In this document: piece after piece, positions 24,751-34,199 of the stretch | Layout: each line of letters starts with the position of its first letter | How positions within the stretch are numbered: position 1 is the stretch's first letter | From: a virus | Taxonomy: Duplodnaviria > Caudoviricetes | Virus record (IMG/VR): IMGVR_UViG_3300046373_000059 | Location: 960-64,959 of that record | Strand: one strand, 5' to 3' | DNA length: 64,000 nucleotides | Made by a program: the position numbers and the translations under genes | Notes under the pieces: generated by a model | The model's input: the letters and a program-made list of their open reading frames with translations, nothing else | Database searches by the model: none | Told to the model about the DNA's origin: nothing

Positions 24751-26213
24751 CGTGCAGTCCATTTGTAGTACGCGGAACGGATGGCATCCATTACGCGGTC
24801 AGGCATGATCGAAAGCTGGCACATGGCCGCGCCCGTTTGGTCGTGCAAGTGGCAGAATTCGCTGCCGTAGTGCAGACGATGGCACGGATAGCAGGGCGTG
24901 TCTACCGGCTCCAGCGCGGTCGTGTTCGTCCAGTGCTTCGTCAGGTTCTCGTGCGAGCTGTGCGACAGCATCAGCACCTTGGCATTGTCCTCGAAGGCCA
25001 CGGCATTGAGCACGCCGGTTTCGGGGCCGACGACGCAATGCGATTGCTGGGCCAGCGCCAGCGTGTCGCGGATCGACATATTGCCCGATTCGGTACGCAC
25101 ACGCGGCTCGACCTCCCAGCCCTGTTCGAGAATCTGGCAGGCGAAGTCGCCGGTCAGGATGACCACGGCCTGCGGCAGCTCTTGCAGGATGGCGGCAATC
25201 ACGCTGTCCTGCCATGGGTAGAACTTGTGGACGGACGAACCGGCCAGCGCCCAGGTGATGACGAAGATATGCTTGGGGATGACGCCGAACGGCTGCGGGT
25301 CAAGCTCGGCGCGTAGGTCATTGTAGTAGCGCGTCACCTTGAGATTTTCTTCCGTGCTGCCATAGAAGCGTGTCTCATTCGAGTAGGCGACTTCGGCCAG
25401 TTGAGCCGTCCACTCCAGGTAATTGCGATTCAGCTCGACGCGGCGCACGCTGTCGGGCCATGCGTGATTGGTGCGGCCAGGGATTGCCAGCAGCGTTCCC
25501 TCGACCGATTCCGACAGGTTGATGAAGCGGTCGAACTGCTTCGCCTGCACGGCCCAATACTCGCCCAGCAAATGATTCGGTACTTGGTTATCGTCCTGGA
25601 TCAGCCACGCATCGACGTGCGGATCGAGCCTGATGACATCCTGGCCCTTCGGCGTTGTCATGACCGTGACGTGCCAGCCGTCGCGCTTGAGCTGCGGCAG
25701 GATGTTGGCCGCCTGGAGCATGTCACCGAAGCCGCCGAAGCGGCAGACGCACACGGACTTCTCGTGGCGCTGTGCGATGGTTTCGCACTCAGGAACCCAG
25801 GTCTTACGGAACACGGAAAGGTTGCCGTCGTCCTCGTCGGAAAAGACAAAGACGCGCTCCCAGCCCATTCCGCTCGCATCACGCAGCGCGATCATGCGCA
25901 GCATATGCGCTTCCTCGTCCGCCTCTTCGTCAGGCTCATGGAGCACGAGGAAGCCGCCCACCGCAAGCACACGCCACCATTCCTGCATCGCACCAAACAC
26001 ATCATGCACGCCGGTATAGCTGGCGACAACCGCATCGCACTTGCCATCCTCGAACGACGACAGGTCGTCAAGGGAATCCTTGACATCGCCCAAGTCGCTT
26101 ACGGATAAGAAGTGCGGGAACAGCTTATCGGCATGGGTCGCGCCCAGGTCGAGAACTGCGCCGCGTGTGAATGGCACGATCAGGTACTTAATGGCGTCTG
26201 CTGGGCGGGTCAT
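24747..26213 (-). CDS. Degenerate SAM-methyltransferase-like domain fused to a GT9 (ADP-heptose transferase-like) glycosyltransferase
   Basis: VLDLGA...EWWRVLAVGGFLVL; RFGGFGDML, GSSVHKFYP, VVGPETGVLN and CYPC...C...C. Confidence 0.85.
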   Translation of the reverse strand: MTRPADAIKYLIVPFTRGAVLDLGATHADKLFPHFLSVSDLGDVKDSLDDLSSFEDGKCDAVVASYTGVHDVFGAMQEWWRVLAVGGFLVLHEPDEEADEEAHMLRMIALRDASGMGWERVFVFSDEDDGNLSVFRKTWVPECETIAQRHEKSVCVCRFGGFGDMLQAANILPQLKRDGWHVTVMTTPKGQDVIRLDPHVDAWLIQDDNQVPNHLLGEYWAVQAKQFDRFINLSESVEGTLLAIPGRTNHAWPDSVRRVELNRNYLEWTAQLAEVAYSNETRFYGSTEENLKVTRYYNDLRAELDPQPFGVIPKHIFVITWALAGSSVHKFYPWQDSVIAAILQELPQAVVILTGDFACQILEQGWEVEPRVRTESGNMSIRDTLALAQQSHCVVGPETGVLNAVAFEDNAKVLMLSHSSHENLTKHWTNTTALEPVDTPCYPCHRLHYGSEFCHLHDQTGAAMCQLSIMPDRVMDAIRSAYYKWTAR

Positions 26214-26216
26214 GGT

Positions 26217-26558
26217 TTAGACTTGTGTGAGTTGGTCGGCTACTTGCTGATCTGCTGCCGACAGCGGCGCGGCCTGGATTGGCTTTGCTGGTGCCTTCGC
26301 TGCCTTGGCTTTGGCTTGCGCCTTGGCCTTGGATGCGCCCTTCGCTGCGGTTTCCTTGCGCACCTTGTTGGTAGTGGCTTCTTCCAGTTGGTCGTCGTTC
26401 GGCTCTTCCTGGTTTTCGGCTGCCGCGATAGCCAGCTCGGTTTCAGTCGGAACCCACAGGCTGCCGTTGCCACGGAAGTATTTGCCGTCCTGTTCGTACA
26501 CGCGGCCCTGGTTGTCACCGAAGACGGTGCCGTGTGGCTTGGTTTTGTCGAGTTGCAT
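26217..26558 (-). CDS. Hypothetical head-module protein with Lys/Ala-rich tail
   Basis: GGGGAG RBS; YEQDGKYF motif. Confidence 0.7.
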   Translation of the reverse strand: MQLDKTKPHGTVFGDNQGRVYEQDGKYFRGNGSLWVPTETELAIAAAENQEEPNDDQLEEATTNKVRKETAAKGASKAKAQAKAKAAKAPAKPIQAAPLSAADQQVADQLTQV

Positions 26559-26591
26559 TGCTACTCCCCTTTATGGGTCAGGTTGAAAAAC

Positions 26592-26855
26592 TTATTCGCC
26601 TTCGGCCATGTCCTCGGCGCGGTCGCCCTTGGCGGGGCCGAAGGTCGGGTCATCGACTTCGCCTTCCATCATCGGATCGGACTTGGTGCTGCCGGTGATG
26701 CTGCCCAGGCTGTTCGTGGCCGACTGGTCAAGGCTGCGACCGTCGAGCATGGTGCCGCTGTTCATGCCGGTGCTGGTGCCACGATCAGGCATCGCGCTGT
26801 CGTCGCCTTGCAGTTCGCCGGATGGGGTGTACATGCCGCTGTCTTTGGATTTCAT
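26592..26855 (-). CDS. Small acidic low-complexity protein
   Basis: GGAG RBS; 87 aa rich in D/G/S/M. Confidence 0.65.
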   Translation of the reverse strand: MKSKDSGMYTPSGELQGDDSAMPDRGTSTGMNSGTMLDGRSLDQSATNSLGSITGSTKSDPMMEGEVDDPTFGPAKGDRAEDMAEGE

Positions 26856-26903
26856 GGTAGTGCTCCAGGTGGAAGGTGAAGCGGGGCCGAAGCCCCGCAG
26901 GCG

Positions 26904-27269
26904 TTACGCAGTTTGGACGGCGCTCGGCAGGATTTCAAACTCGTAGACGATGCTGGCGACGCCCGTTGCATCGACCAGCGACTTGACGGAAATCTGCTCC
27001 ATCGTCGCCACCGATTCGTTGAGCGTTGCCGAATGCGCCACCGTGTTCGCGGCGCCCGTGCCCAGGCTGATCGTACCGATGGACGTGGTGCCGTGATACA
27101 CGTCGTAGCCGTGGCCCGCATTGGTGCCAGCCGTGATGACTGCGGCGTGTACCGCTTTCAGGCGCATTGCCTGGAAGCTGCGGAACTTGGCGCCTTCGGT
27201 AGTGGCGCCAGCCACGGTCGTGTGATGCGATTCGCGGCGGATCAGGAAGTCTGCGTCGTCATATGCCAT
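26904..27269 (-). CDS. Putative capsid decoration/cement protein
   Basis: AGGAG RBS before MAYDDADF; small beta-rich protein downstream of the capsid gene. Confidence 0.65.
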   Translation of the reverse strand: MAYDDADFLIRRESHHTTVAGATTEGAKFRSFQAMRLKAVHAAVITAGTNAGHGYDVYHGTTSIGTISLGTGAANTVAHSATLNESVATMEQISVKSLVDATGVASIVYEFEILPSAVQTA

Positions 27270-27341
27270 GATGATTCTCCTACTATGGCCCATCTAAAGG
27301 CCCATTATAAATCGGGGTTGTACTGCCTTACCGGGTTCGCT

Positions 27342-27647
27342 TCAACGTTCCCAGCCATGCGGGCGGCCAAGGAATCCGCCGCTGCTGCCGTCGTTGAGCA
27401 AGTCCATCGTCGTGTTGGCGATGGTGTCGTCGGCAGGAGGTGGGGGCGGATGGTACTCGCCGTCGCTGAAGCCAGCAGCCAAGTCGGCTGCGGACAAGCC
27501 GCCCAGGCCGTTCATGGTCATGCCCTGGTCGCTGCTGCCGCTTGCCAAGTCCTTGGCAGGGTCGCACTCGTAAGTGGCGTCATGGTTGCCCGTCACCTCG
27601 TCGCCCAGGCCGTGTGCCATGGGCGTCATGTTGTCAGCTTGTTTCAT
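27342..27647 (-). CDS. Small acidic protein
   Basis: GGAG RBS before MKQADN; ends GGFLGRPHGWER. Confidence 0.65.
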   Translation of the reverse strand: MKQADNMTPMAHGLGDEVTGNHDATYECDPAKDLASGSSDQGMTMNGLGGLSAADLAAGFSDGEYHPPPPPADDTIANTTMDLLNDGSSGGFLGRPHGWER

Positions 27648-27716
27648 TTGATTCTCCATGTGATAACGCCCCAGCATATGCCAGGGCGTTATTGTGGTGC
27701 TACCGATCAGGCCGTA

Positions 27717-28661
27717 TTACGCGGCGCTGTCCCACTTGACGATGCGGGCTTGGGCTTGCGCCGTTTGCACCAGACCGAAGCCGCCCAGGTAGTACCATGC
27801 GATACCACGCGAACGACCATAATCGGTCGGGATTTTGCCGCGCATTTCTTCGGGAACCGCGATGCCTTCGGCCACGGTGTCATTGCCGAAGAAGTAGGCC
27901 CAATTCGACAGGGCGTTGACGAACGCTTCTTTGGCGATGTTCGTTTGCTCGACGAAGCGCACGTTTTCGTAGCGACCCATTTCGCCGTTCAGGATCATGC
28001 CGAAGCCCGTTTCCGTGTACAGATGCACGGCTTCCAGGTCGTTCTTCAGCTTGCGGAACGTAGTAGGGTGGGCCAGCGAAACGTAGTCATCCGCCATGTA
28101 AGGTGGGATGTTGCGTTCCTTCATCAAGTCCACGATGGCCTTGACGTGATCCTTGCCCAGCGCGACGTTGTTCGTCAGCGTGGCGGTGCCGTTGGTCGTC
28201 AGCGTCACGGCGCCGGTCGAGGTGCCGCCAGTTGGCACGACGCGCAGAGGCGTGGCGTTGAACTGCGCACGGGCCGCGATGTCGAACGCTTTCTTGGCGT
28301 CGTTCTTCAGCACCTTGCCGATGATTTCCTTGACTGGCTGGATGGACAGGTCGTCCAGCTTGCCGGTGTAAGGAACCGAGTTACCGAATTCGGTAATCGT
28401 CATCGTGCCTTGCGTGATGGTGAAGTTGGTTTCGGGCATGGTGTTGGTTTCCAGGATCGTGGTGCCCTGGGTTGCAACGTCCGAATACACGTTCCAGTGG
28501 AATGCTTCGCCCTTGCCCTTGCCTTGGACGGCGGCATCCTTGATGTCAGCGAACTGACGGAATTTGCACAGCGGTTGAACCGACATGCGCAGCACTTTGG
28601 ACAGCGTTTCCGAAAACATATAACCGCCCAAAGAGTTCGTTACCCATACTTGACCAGCCAT
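27717..28661 (-). CDS. Major capsid protein (HK97 fold, N4-gp56-like)
   Basis: CKFRQFA, ITEFGNSV, GEMGRYENVRFVE, DYGRSRGIAWY; follows the scaffold gene. Confidence 0.88.
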   Translation of the reverse strand: MAGQVWVTNSLGGYMFSETLSKVLRMSVQPLCKFRQFADIKDAAVQGKGKGEAFHWNVYSDVATQGTTILETNTMPETNFTITQGTMTITEFGNSVPYTGKLDDLSIQPVKEIIGKVLKNDAKKAFDIAARAQFNATPLRVVPTGGTSTGAVTLTTNGTATLTNNVALGKDHVKAIVDLMKERNIPPYMADDYVSLAHPTTFRKLKNDLEAVHLYTETGFGMILNGEMGRYENVRFVEQTNIAKEAFVNALSNWAYFFGNDTVAEGIAVPEEMRGKIPTDYGRSRGIAWYYLGGFGLVQTAQAQARIVKWDSAA

Positions 28662-28695
28662 GATGTAATACTCCTAAGTTTGAAATTCAGTTGGC

Positions 28696-29802
28696 TTAGA
28701 CTGCTTGGCCGCGCTGCTTCATCATGTCCGCGATGACTTGCGAATGTGTGAGCGGCACTGGCTCGGTAGTCGAAGTTTTCGCGCCCGCCGATTCAATCGT
28801 GTCGAGCGCAGCTTTAGCTGCCAGCTTCTTATCACGGGCGGTTGTGTCCGTCTTCGCCTGATGTCCTGCTTTCTGCCAGCCGAACTTCGTTGCCAGTTCG
28901 CTGCCGGTCTGCTCCAGTGCATCTGCAAACGAAAGACCTTCTTCGGTCTGCTTGCGCTGGATTTTCGCGGCGGCCAGGGTTTCGATGTCCGGGTCGGCGT
29001 ACAGCTCAGGATAATCAGTCTGCGACTTCTTCAATGCGCTGTTGACTGCGAATCGCTGTTCCACATTAGCAGTGATCTGGTCGATGTCCACTTGCGCGGG
29101 CTGGGTAGCTTGGAATGCTTTCAAACGCCCTTCGACCACACCTTCTGCTGCCTTGCTTACTGCTTTGTTGAATGCTTCTACCGCTTTGCCTTCGTCGCCT
29201 TCAAACATCGCGGCGGCGAATGCTTTTGCTTCTGCCGGATCGACTGGTGCTGGTTTTTCTTCAGCGACCTTCTTCGACTCGGCTACCTGCTGCTGAAGAG
29301 CTGCTTCCCGTTCCAGAAGTTCGCGCTCTTTGCGCGCTGCTTCGGCCAGTCGGCGGTCAGCGGATTCGGACTTCTGGAAGACGCGCTGCATGTCTTCGAT
29401 GCTCGCTTCGCCGTCCACGCCGTTGATCTTGACCTTGATCTTCTGCTTCAGGAAATCATCCTGTGTTGCTGCTGCCTTTGCTGCTGCGGCGTCCTTGGAT
29501 GCCTGGGCTGCCTGCTGCTGCAAAGCCAGCTCGTCGTCATCGCCACCAGCTTCCAGCAATGCGCGGGCTTCTTCGTCCGCCTTTTCCTGGGCCAGCGCCT
29601 TGGCTTCCATGTCGTCCACGCTTTCCAGCTTGATGCCCGACTCAGCTTCAAAAGCTGCGTTGCGGCCCACGGAAATCGCTTCCATCGCCAATTCGCGGGC
29701 AGTTGGCTCGCGTACCTTGCCGCTATTATCTTCGGTCGTTTGCTCGCCTGCAATTTCTTTTTGACCGGCGTTGCCCTGCACGTCCGTTTGGATGGTGCTC
29801 AT
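28696..29802 (-). CDS. Capsid scaffolding protein
   Basis: Acidic helical protein with KVKINGVDGEASIEDM..QK..SADRRL; directly upstream of the capsid gene. Confidence 0.8.
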   Translation of the reverse strand: MSTIQTDVQGNAGQKEIAGEQTTEDNSGKVREPTARELAMEAISVGRNAAFEAESGIKLESVDDMEAKALAQEKADEEARALLEAGGDDDELALQQQAAQASKDAAAAKAAATQDDFLKQKIKVKINGVDGEASIEDMQRVFQKSESADRRLAEAARKERELLEREAALQQQVAESKKVAEEKPAPVDPAEAKAFAAAMFEGDEGKAVEAFNKAVSKAAEGVVEGRLKAFQATQPAQVDIDQITANVEQRFAVNSALKKSQTDYPELYADPDIETLAAAKIQRKQTEEGLSFADALEQTGSELATKFGWQKAGHQAKTDTTARDKKLAAKAALDTIESAGAKTSTTEPVPLTHSQVIADMMKQRGQAV

Positions 29803-29817
29803 AGTGATGCTCCTTGA

Positions 29818-29940
29818 TTAACTACGGTTGAAAATGCTGTCCTTCGTGAACTTGAGTAAGTCGTATGTGTACAGAACTGTACAGCCACTGGACACGGCCA
29901 GAATGCCATACGCCACTGTGGTGCTGAATACTTCAATCAT
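29818..29940 (-). CDS. Possible 40-aa membrane peptide
   Basis: GGGAG before ATG 29940; one hydrophobic stretch. Confidence 0.4.
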   Translation of the reverse strand: MIEVFSTTVAYGILAVSSGCTVLYTYDLLKFTKDSIFNRS

Positions 29941-30205
29941 GATCTGGCTCCCGGCTGTAACCATCCTCGAACGCCTTCTTAGGCGAGTACGACATGAAGC
30001 CATCCTCGTACACGACGAGGTAGCCGCCTACTTCAGCCGTCGCGTGCTTGGCTGCCCATGCGTCCTTGACGTTGACGAACCGCAGCTCGCCATTGCGCCC
30101 CGTGTAGTCGATGCGGAAGCCGCCCTGTGTCGGCTCGATTGCCATGATCTGCCCGGCGTGGACGATCTTATGGCACTTGAATCGGGCCATCTTGCGCGGG
30201 TTCAT
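29933..30205 (-). CDS. Small phage protein with GGYLVVYEDG.MSYSP..AFEDGY motif
   Basis: ATG 30205 overlaps the upstream stop; widespread phage motif. Confidence 0.7.
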   Translation of the reverse strand: MNPRKMARFKCHKIVHAGQIMAIEPTQGGFRIDYTGRNGELRFVNVKDAWAAKHATAEVGGYLVVYEDGFMSYSPKKAFEDGYSREPDHD

Positions 30206-30537
30206 TCCTGTGCCTCGTCGGCATTGGAGATTGCGTCCTGGGTCAGCAGTTGTTCCTGCGCGCTGACGCCTTCCTGGATCAGCTCGGCCATCCACAGTTG
30301 AACGGATTCGGCGCGCTTGATGTCCGACTGGAGCTTCATGATCTTGCCGCTGTCCAGTGGGTCGGCGTCCACGAGTTCTCCCATGGCGTTCTCGCGCTCT
30401 TCCTCGGCGCGCTGGACAAGGTACTGGCCCAGCCGCGAACCAAGGAAGCCGCGCACTTCCAGGGCGAAGTCGATGGCATCATAGTGCCCCTTGTTTGCCG
30501 CGATCAGTGCGGCCCGTTCCTCTTGCTCTTGGCTCAT
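30202..30537 (-). CDS. Helical head-assembly-associated protein
   Basis: Coupled to the portal stop; FLGSRLGQYL motif. Confidence 0.7.
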   Translation of the reverse strand: MSQEQEERAALIAANKGHYDAIDFALEVRGFLGSRLGQYLVQRAEEERENAMGELVDADPLDSGKIMKLQSDIKRAESVQLWMAELIQEGVSAQEQLLTQDAISNADEAQE

Positions 30538-33128
30538 TTCTTAGCGCCCCCGTATTGCTTCATCAGTTCCTCGAAGAAGTCAGGGCCAAGCGCCTCGACG
30601 ACATCGGCAGGGATGATGAAGTCGCCCTGCTTCAGTTGCATCGGGTCGGCGCCCGGCGCTGCTTGCTCGCCCACTGCTTCGCCTTCCACTGGCTTATGAT
30701 ACTGCTGGATAAGCCCTTGGAAGAAGTCTACCCCCACGGCGTCAACGACGGCCTGCGGCATATGGAATTCGCCAGCCGACACGGCAGCGGGGGCGCCGGT
30801 AGGTGCGACCGTGGCAGGGATCGAATCGGATGTGGCCGTGCCTGGGCCTTGGATCATGCCGCCGTCAGCGTATGCCTTCACCATGCCGCCGTTCGCGTAG
30901 CTGTCTGCCAGCGCCTGATCGTCGAGCACGCTGCTATCCATCGTATCGTCCTCGCCAACAACGCCGCCGTCCATCAGCTTCTGCGTGCTGTCAGCCGCCA
31001 TTGTCTCGATACCCTGCGCAGCGCCCACGCCAGGGCTTGCAGGCGATGCTGGCGCTGCTGGGGTATTCGGGGATGTGTCGCCCTGCACGGCGCCGCCTGG
31101 AGTGAATGCGGTGCCTGTGCGCTTGTTCTTGACCGGCTCGATGCCGATGGCGCCAGCGCTGTTGTCGCCCGCGATGAAGTTCGGGTCGGGTGCGCCAGCC
31201 GCGACCATCAGCGCGTCGGCCACAGGAGCCACGCCTGGAACAGCGGTCAGCACCTCGGCGGACTGCATGGCGCTGAATTGCGCTTCCACCATGAGTTTGA
31301 TCTTGGCGGCCAGTTCCTTTTCGTCCTTGGCCTTCATGGATTCAATCTCCGAGTCGATCTTGCGGATTTGAGCTTCCACCAGCCGTGGGTCGGTCTTCTG
31401 TGCGATCTGCTGCTGGGCCTGGGCAAGCTGCTGCTTCAGGGCTGCCACTTCAGGCGGCTCCTGGCCGTTGAGGTCGAAGAAGCGCGAGCCGTCGCGGAAT
31501 CCCAGCTTGCCGAACAGTTCGGTGATGACTTCTTCCACCTTCAGGCCGTACTGCACCAGCACGCCATCGGCCAGCATTTCCTTCAGCGCGGCCATGCCCT
31601 GCGTGAACTTGTTCATCTGGTCGGTCGGATTGGTGGCGCCCATGCCGACGTTGACGTTGAGCGTCAGCTCCTGGCCCAGCAGCTCGTCCGTCACTGTGCT
31701 GATGCCGAACTTCTGCATCAATCCTGCCTTCTTGCCAGCCAGGGCCAGGATGACTTCATCTGTCTCGTAGTATTGCTCCAGCAGCACGAGCTGGCGCAGC
31801 ACTGGCTCGACCCAAGTTTCCACGAACGTGCGGAGCTGGTAGCCGCTGACTTGGTTCGCGCTGCCGTCCAGGAGCTGCATACCGCCAACGGTTTCGTTGA
31901 GCTTGCGGTTGCTCTGCACGCTGGCGCCGCTGAAGCTGCCGGTCACGTCGTCGAAGTCCAGGTTGAGGCGGTCTTGCTCCTGGTAGGAGCTGCCGGTCAC
32001 GTCGTTGAATTCGACCGTTTCCACGTCGGTCTTAGGGTCGTCCATCAGCGTGACGGAGCCAGCCTGATTGCGCACGAGCGAGCGCAGATCGACTTGCTTG
32101 TTGCGCTTGACGAAGTACCGTTTGTTCAAGGCGAAGCGCACGTTGTCGATACGCAGATTGGCGAGGTCGTTGATTTCGGCCTGCACGTCCTTGCCCAGCT
32201 TGGCGAGCGAGGATGGGTACTGCTTGTGCGTTTCGATGATGGCGTTGCCGATTACATACGGGCGCTTGCCGTGCGAGTATTGCGCTTCCAGCGGCACAGG
32301 CTTAGACAGCATTGCCACGGTGCCCAGCGTGTAATACAGGTAATCATCGCCGTCTTCGCTGATGATGTTACGGTGTACCCACACGATGTTGTAGTCGCCA
32401 ATGGCGCCGGTTTGATCCTTGCTGTCGGTGCGGCCCTGCTCGCGCTGTAACCGCGTGCTGTCGCCGTACTGCTTGATGCCCTGGCTGATCTGCTCGTCCG
32501 TCATGGGCAGCCACTTAGGCTCGCCGGTCTTCGCGTCCTGGGCCTTCATGCGGGCCTTCACGTCCTTCACGTACATCGGGATCAAGTGGATGATGTACGG
32601 CGACGTGCCGACAGGATCAGTCCACTTGGCTGCCGGGTCGAAGCGCAGATTCTCGATAGGAACCAGCTCGATGGATGGGCGGTCGATCTTGCGTTTCGCG
32701 TCGAATTCCCAGCACTGGTATGAGGCGACGATGCCGACAGACAGCGCGTCCTGGTAGCCGCCGATGACGGTCTGAAACCACGGGATCGTCTTCGTCAGGC
32801 GGTACTGGATCAGCTCCTGCATGATAGCGGCGCTGGCACGCTGATTGTCGTCGTTGTCGTCCTGGGCGGCCACGGCCACAACATCAGTCGTGGTGAAGAA
32901 CGCCTCGGCGGCCACGGCTTCGTTCTTGCGGATGGTCGTGCGCGTCTTCGGGCGGAACAGCTTCGAGCGCCCGGTTTCGGCCAGATACTTCGAGCCGACA
33001 GGATGCTGGCCCTGGAACTGGCGGATGTCGCTTTCCGCTTGGCGGCGGATGGACGCATCGAAGTACGTGGTGGACGTGGTGTAGGCTTCGCGTGCGAGGT
33101 TCAGCCAGTCGGGTTTATCGTTGCTCAT
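30534..33128 (-). CDS. Portal protein with extended C-terminus
   Basis: RSKLFRPKTR, ENLRFDPAA, QAEINDLANLRIDN, NETVGGM; lies between terL and the scaffold. Confidence 0.88.
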   Translation of the reverse strand: MSNDKPDWLNLAREAYTTSTTYFDASIRRQAESDIRQFQGQHPVGSKYLAETGRSKLFRPKTRTTIRKNEAVAAEAFFTTTDVVAVAAQDDNDDNQRASAAIMQELIQYRLTKTIPWFQTVIGGYQDALSVGIVASYQCWEFDAKRKIDRPSIELVPIENLRFDPAAKWTDPVGTSPYIIHLIPMYVKDVKARMKAQDAKTGEPKWLPMTDEQISQGIKQYGDSTRLQREQGRTDSKDQTGAIGDYNIVWVHRNIISEDGDDYLYYTLGTVAMLSKPVPLEAQYSHGKRPYVIGNAIIETHKQYPSSLAKLGKDVQAEINDLANLRIDNVRFALNKRYFVKRNKQVDLRSLVRNQAGSVTLMDDPKTDVETVEFNDVTGSSYQEQDRLNLDFDDVTGSFSGASVQSNRKLNETVGGMQLLDGSANQVSGYQLRTFVETWVEPVLRQLVLLEQYYETDEVILALAGKKAGLMQKFGISTVTDELLGQELTLNVNVGMGATNPTDQMNKFTQGMAALKEMLADGVLVQYGLKVEEVITELFGKLGFRDGSRFFDLNGQEPPEVAALKQQLAQAQQQIAQKTDPRLVEAQIRKIDSEIESMKAKDEKELAAKIKLMVEAQFSAMQSAEVLTAVPGVAPVADALMVAAGAPDPNFIAGDNSAGAIGIEPVKNKRTGTAFTPGGAVQGDTSPNTPAAPASPASPGVGAAQGIETMAADSTQKLMDGGVVGEDDTMDSSVLDDQALADSYANGGMVKAYADGGMIQGPGTATSDSIPATVAPTGAPAAVSAGEFHMPQAVVDAVGVDFFQGLIQQYHKPVEGEAVGEQAAPGADPMQLKQGDFIIPADVVEALGPDFFEELMKQYGGAKK

Positions 33129-33487
33129 TTGTCAAACTCCAGTCGGCCTGCGAAGTCGGTTTTCATCGTGTGATACTTGGCCTCGTCGAACCGGCCCCGC
33201 TCCATTTTAAAGCGTTCGAGGATTTCGCCCGCTCCCATGATGGATCGGCGCTCCAGGTCGCTGATGCTGAAGACCTCGCCAATCTTCAGGATGTAGCCAT
33301 AGCGGCCCGACAGGAACAGGTCGCGGATGGTGATAAGGCCCGTCTTGCCCTCGCACGTCACGGCCCACAGATGGCCTGGGTAATGGGCGTGCAGTGCCTC
33401 GGCAATGGTGCGCGACATCAGGAAATCGTTGTTGTTGACCTGGGACTTTGCGATGTCGTTGTCCAGGCCCGTGAGTTGAACGCTCAT
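33125..33487 (-). CDS. Conserved hypothetical protein upstream of the portal
   Basis: LHAHYPGHLWAV...GAGEILERF; start 33487. Confidence 0.7.
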   Translation of the reverse strand: MSVQLTGLDNDIAKSQVNNNDFLMSRTIAEALHAHYPGHLWAVTCEGKTGLITIRDLFLSGRYGYILKIGEVFSISDLERRSIMGAGEILERFKMERGRFDEAKYHTMKTDFAGRLEFDK

Positions 33488-33495
33488 GGCTTGCC

Positions 33496-33660
33496 TCAGT
33501 CGATGTAGATTTCTGGTTCGGTTTCTGTCTGGATCAGCATGGCCTTTTCGCGGTCTGACAGCCACAGCCATTCTTGCGGCGTGTAGCTGGATCGGATGGC
33601 GTCTGGCAGCTCCTGGTAATCCTTCGGCAGCAGCGCGTCAGCGAGTGCTTTTATCATCAT
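33496..33660 (-). CDS. Small hypothetical protein
   Basis: Coupled ORF, YQELPDAIR..YTPQEWLWLSD. Confidence 0.6.
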   Translation of the reverse strand: MMIKALADALLPKDYQELPDAIRSSYTPQEWLWLSDREKAMLIQTETEPEIYID

Positions 33661-34199
33661 TCCCCCGGCAATCCGAAGCTTCCAGTCTGCCAATTGTAAC
33701 CATACATTTGCCCGTCAGGAGCGATCATGATGAACTGATGGTCGGGGTCGTAGACGTAGACGTAATCGTACACTGCGCCCAGGCTGTCGAACTGCTGGAT
33801 CAGCTCCTGTTCGAGCGGGCCATTGGACAGCAGTTGCTTGTACAGCGTGTAGACCACGCCAGCGATGACGCTCAGGCGCGGCAGCGTCACGTCGCCTTCG
33901 ATTGGGTTGTGCATCACGATGATTGCCTCGAACGTGATAGCGCCCGTGCAGTCGTTGTCCGTTACCGGAATTTCAGGCTCAGGAGGTGGCGGGTTATAGA
34001 AGAGGTACTGCTGGTATAGCTGTTCGTTGGTCAGCTCAATGGTCGGCTCGTATGCGCCAATGCCATCGCGGAAGCGGCGGCCATTGCTCCATTCATACCC
34101 GATGTCGCGCTCTGTGCTGCGCGCTTCGGGATCGACCATGCCTACCTCTTCACTCCACAGGCGTGTGCTCGTTTGCGGAGGCAGGTTTTCGTTTGCCAT
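33657..34199 (-). CDS. Hypothetical protein
   Basis: GAGG RBS; YEWSNGRRF motif. Confidence 0.65.
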   Translation of the reverse strand: MANENLPPQTSTRLWSEEVGMVDPEARSTERDIGYEWSNGRRFRDGIGAYEPTIELTNEQLYQQYLFYNPPPPEPEIPVTDNDCTGAITFEAIIVMHNPIEGDVTLPRLSVIAGVVYTLYKQLLSNGPLEQELIQQFDSLGAVYDYVYVYDPDHQFIMIAPDGQMYGYNWQTGSFGLPGE

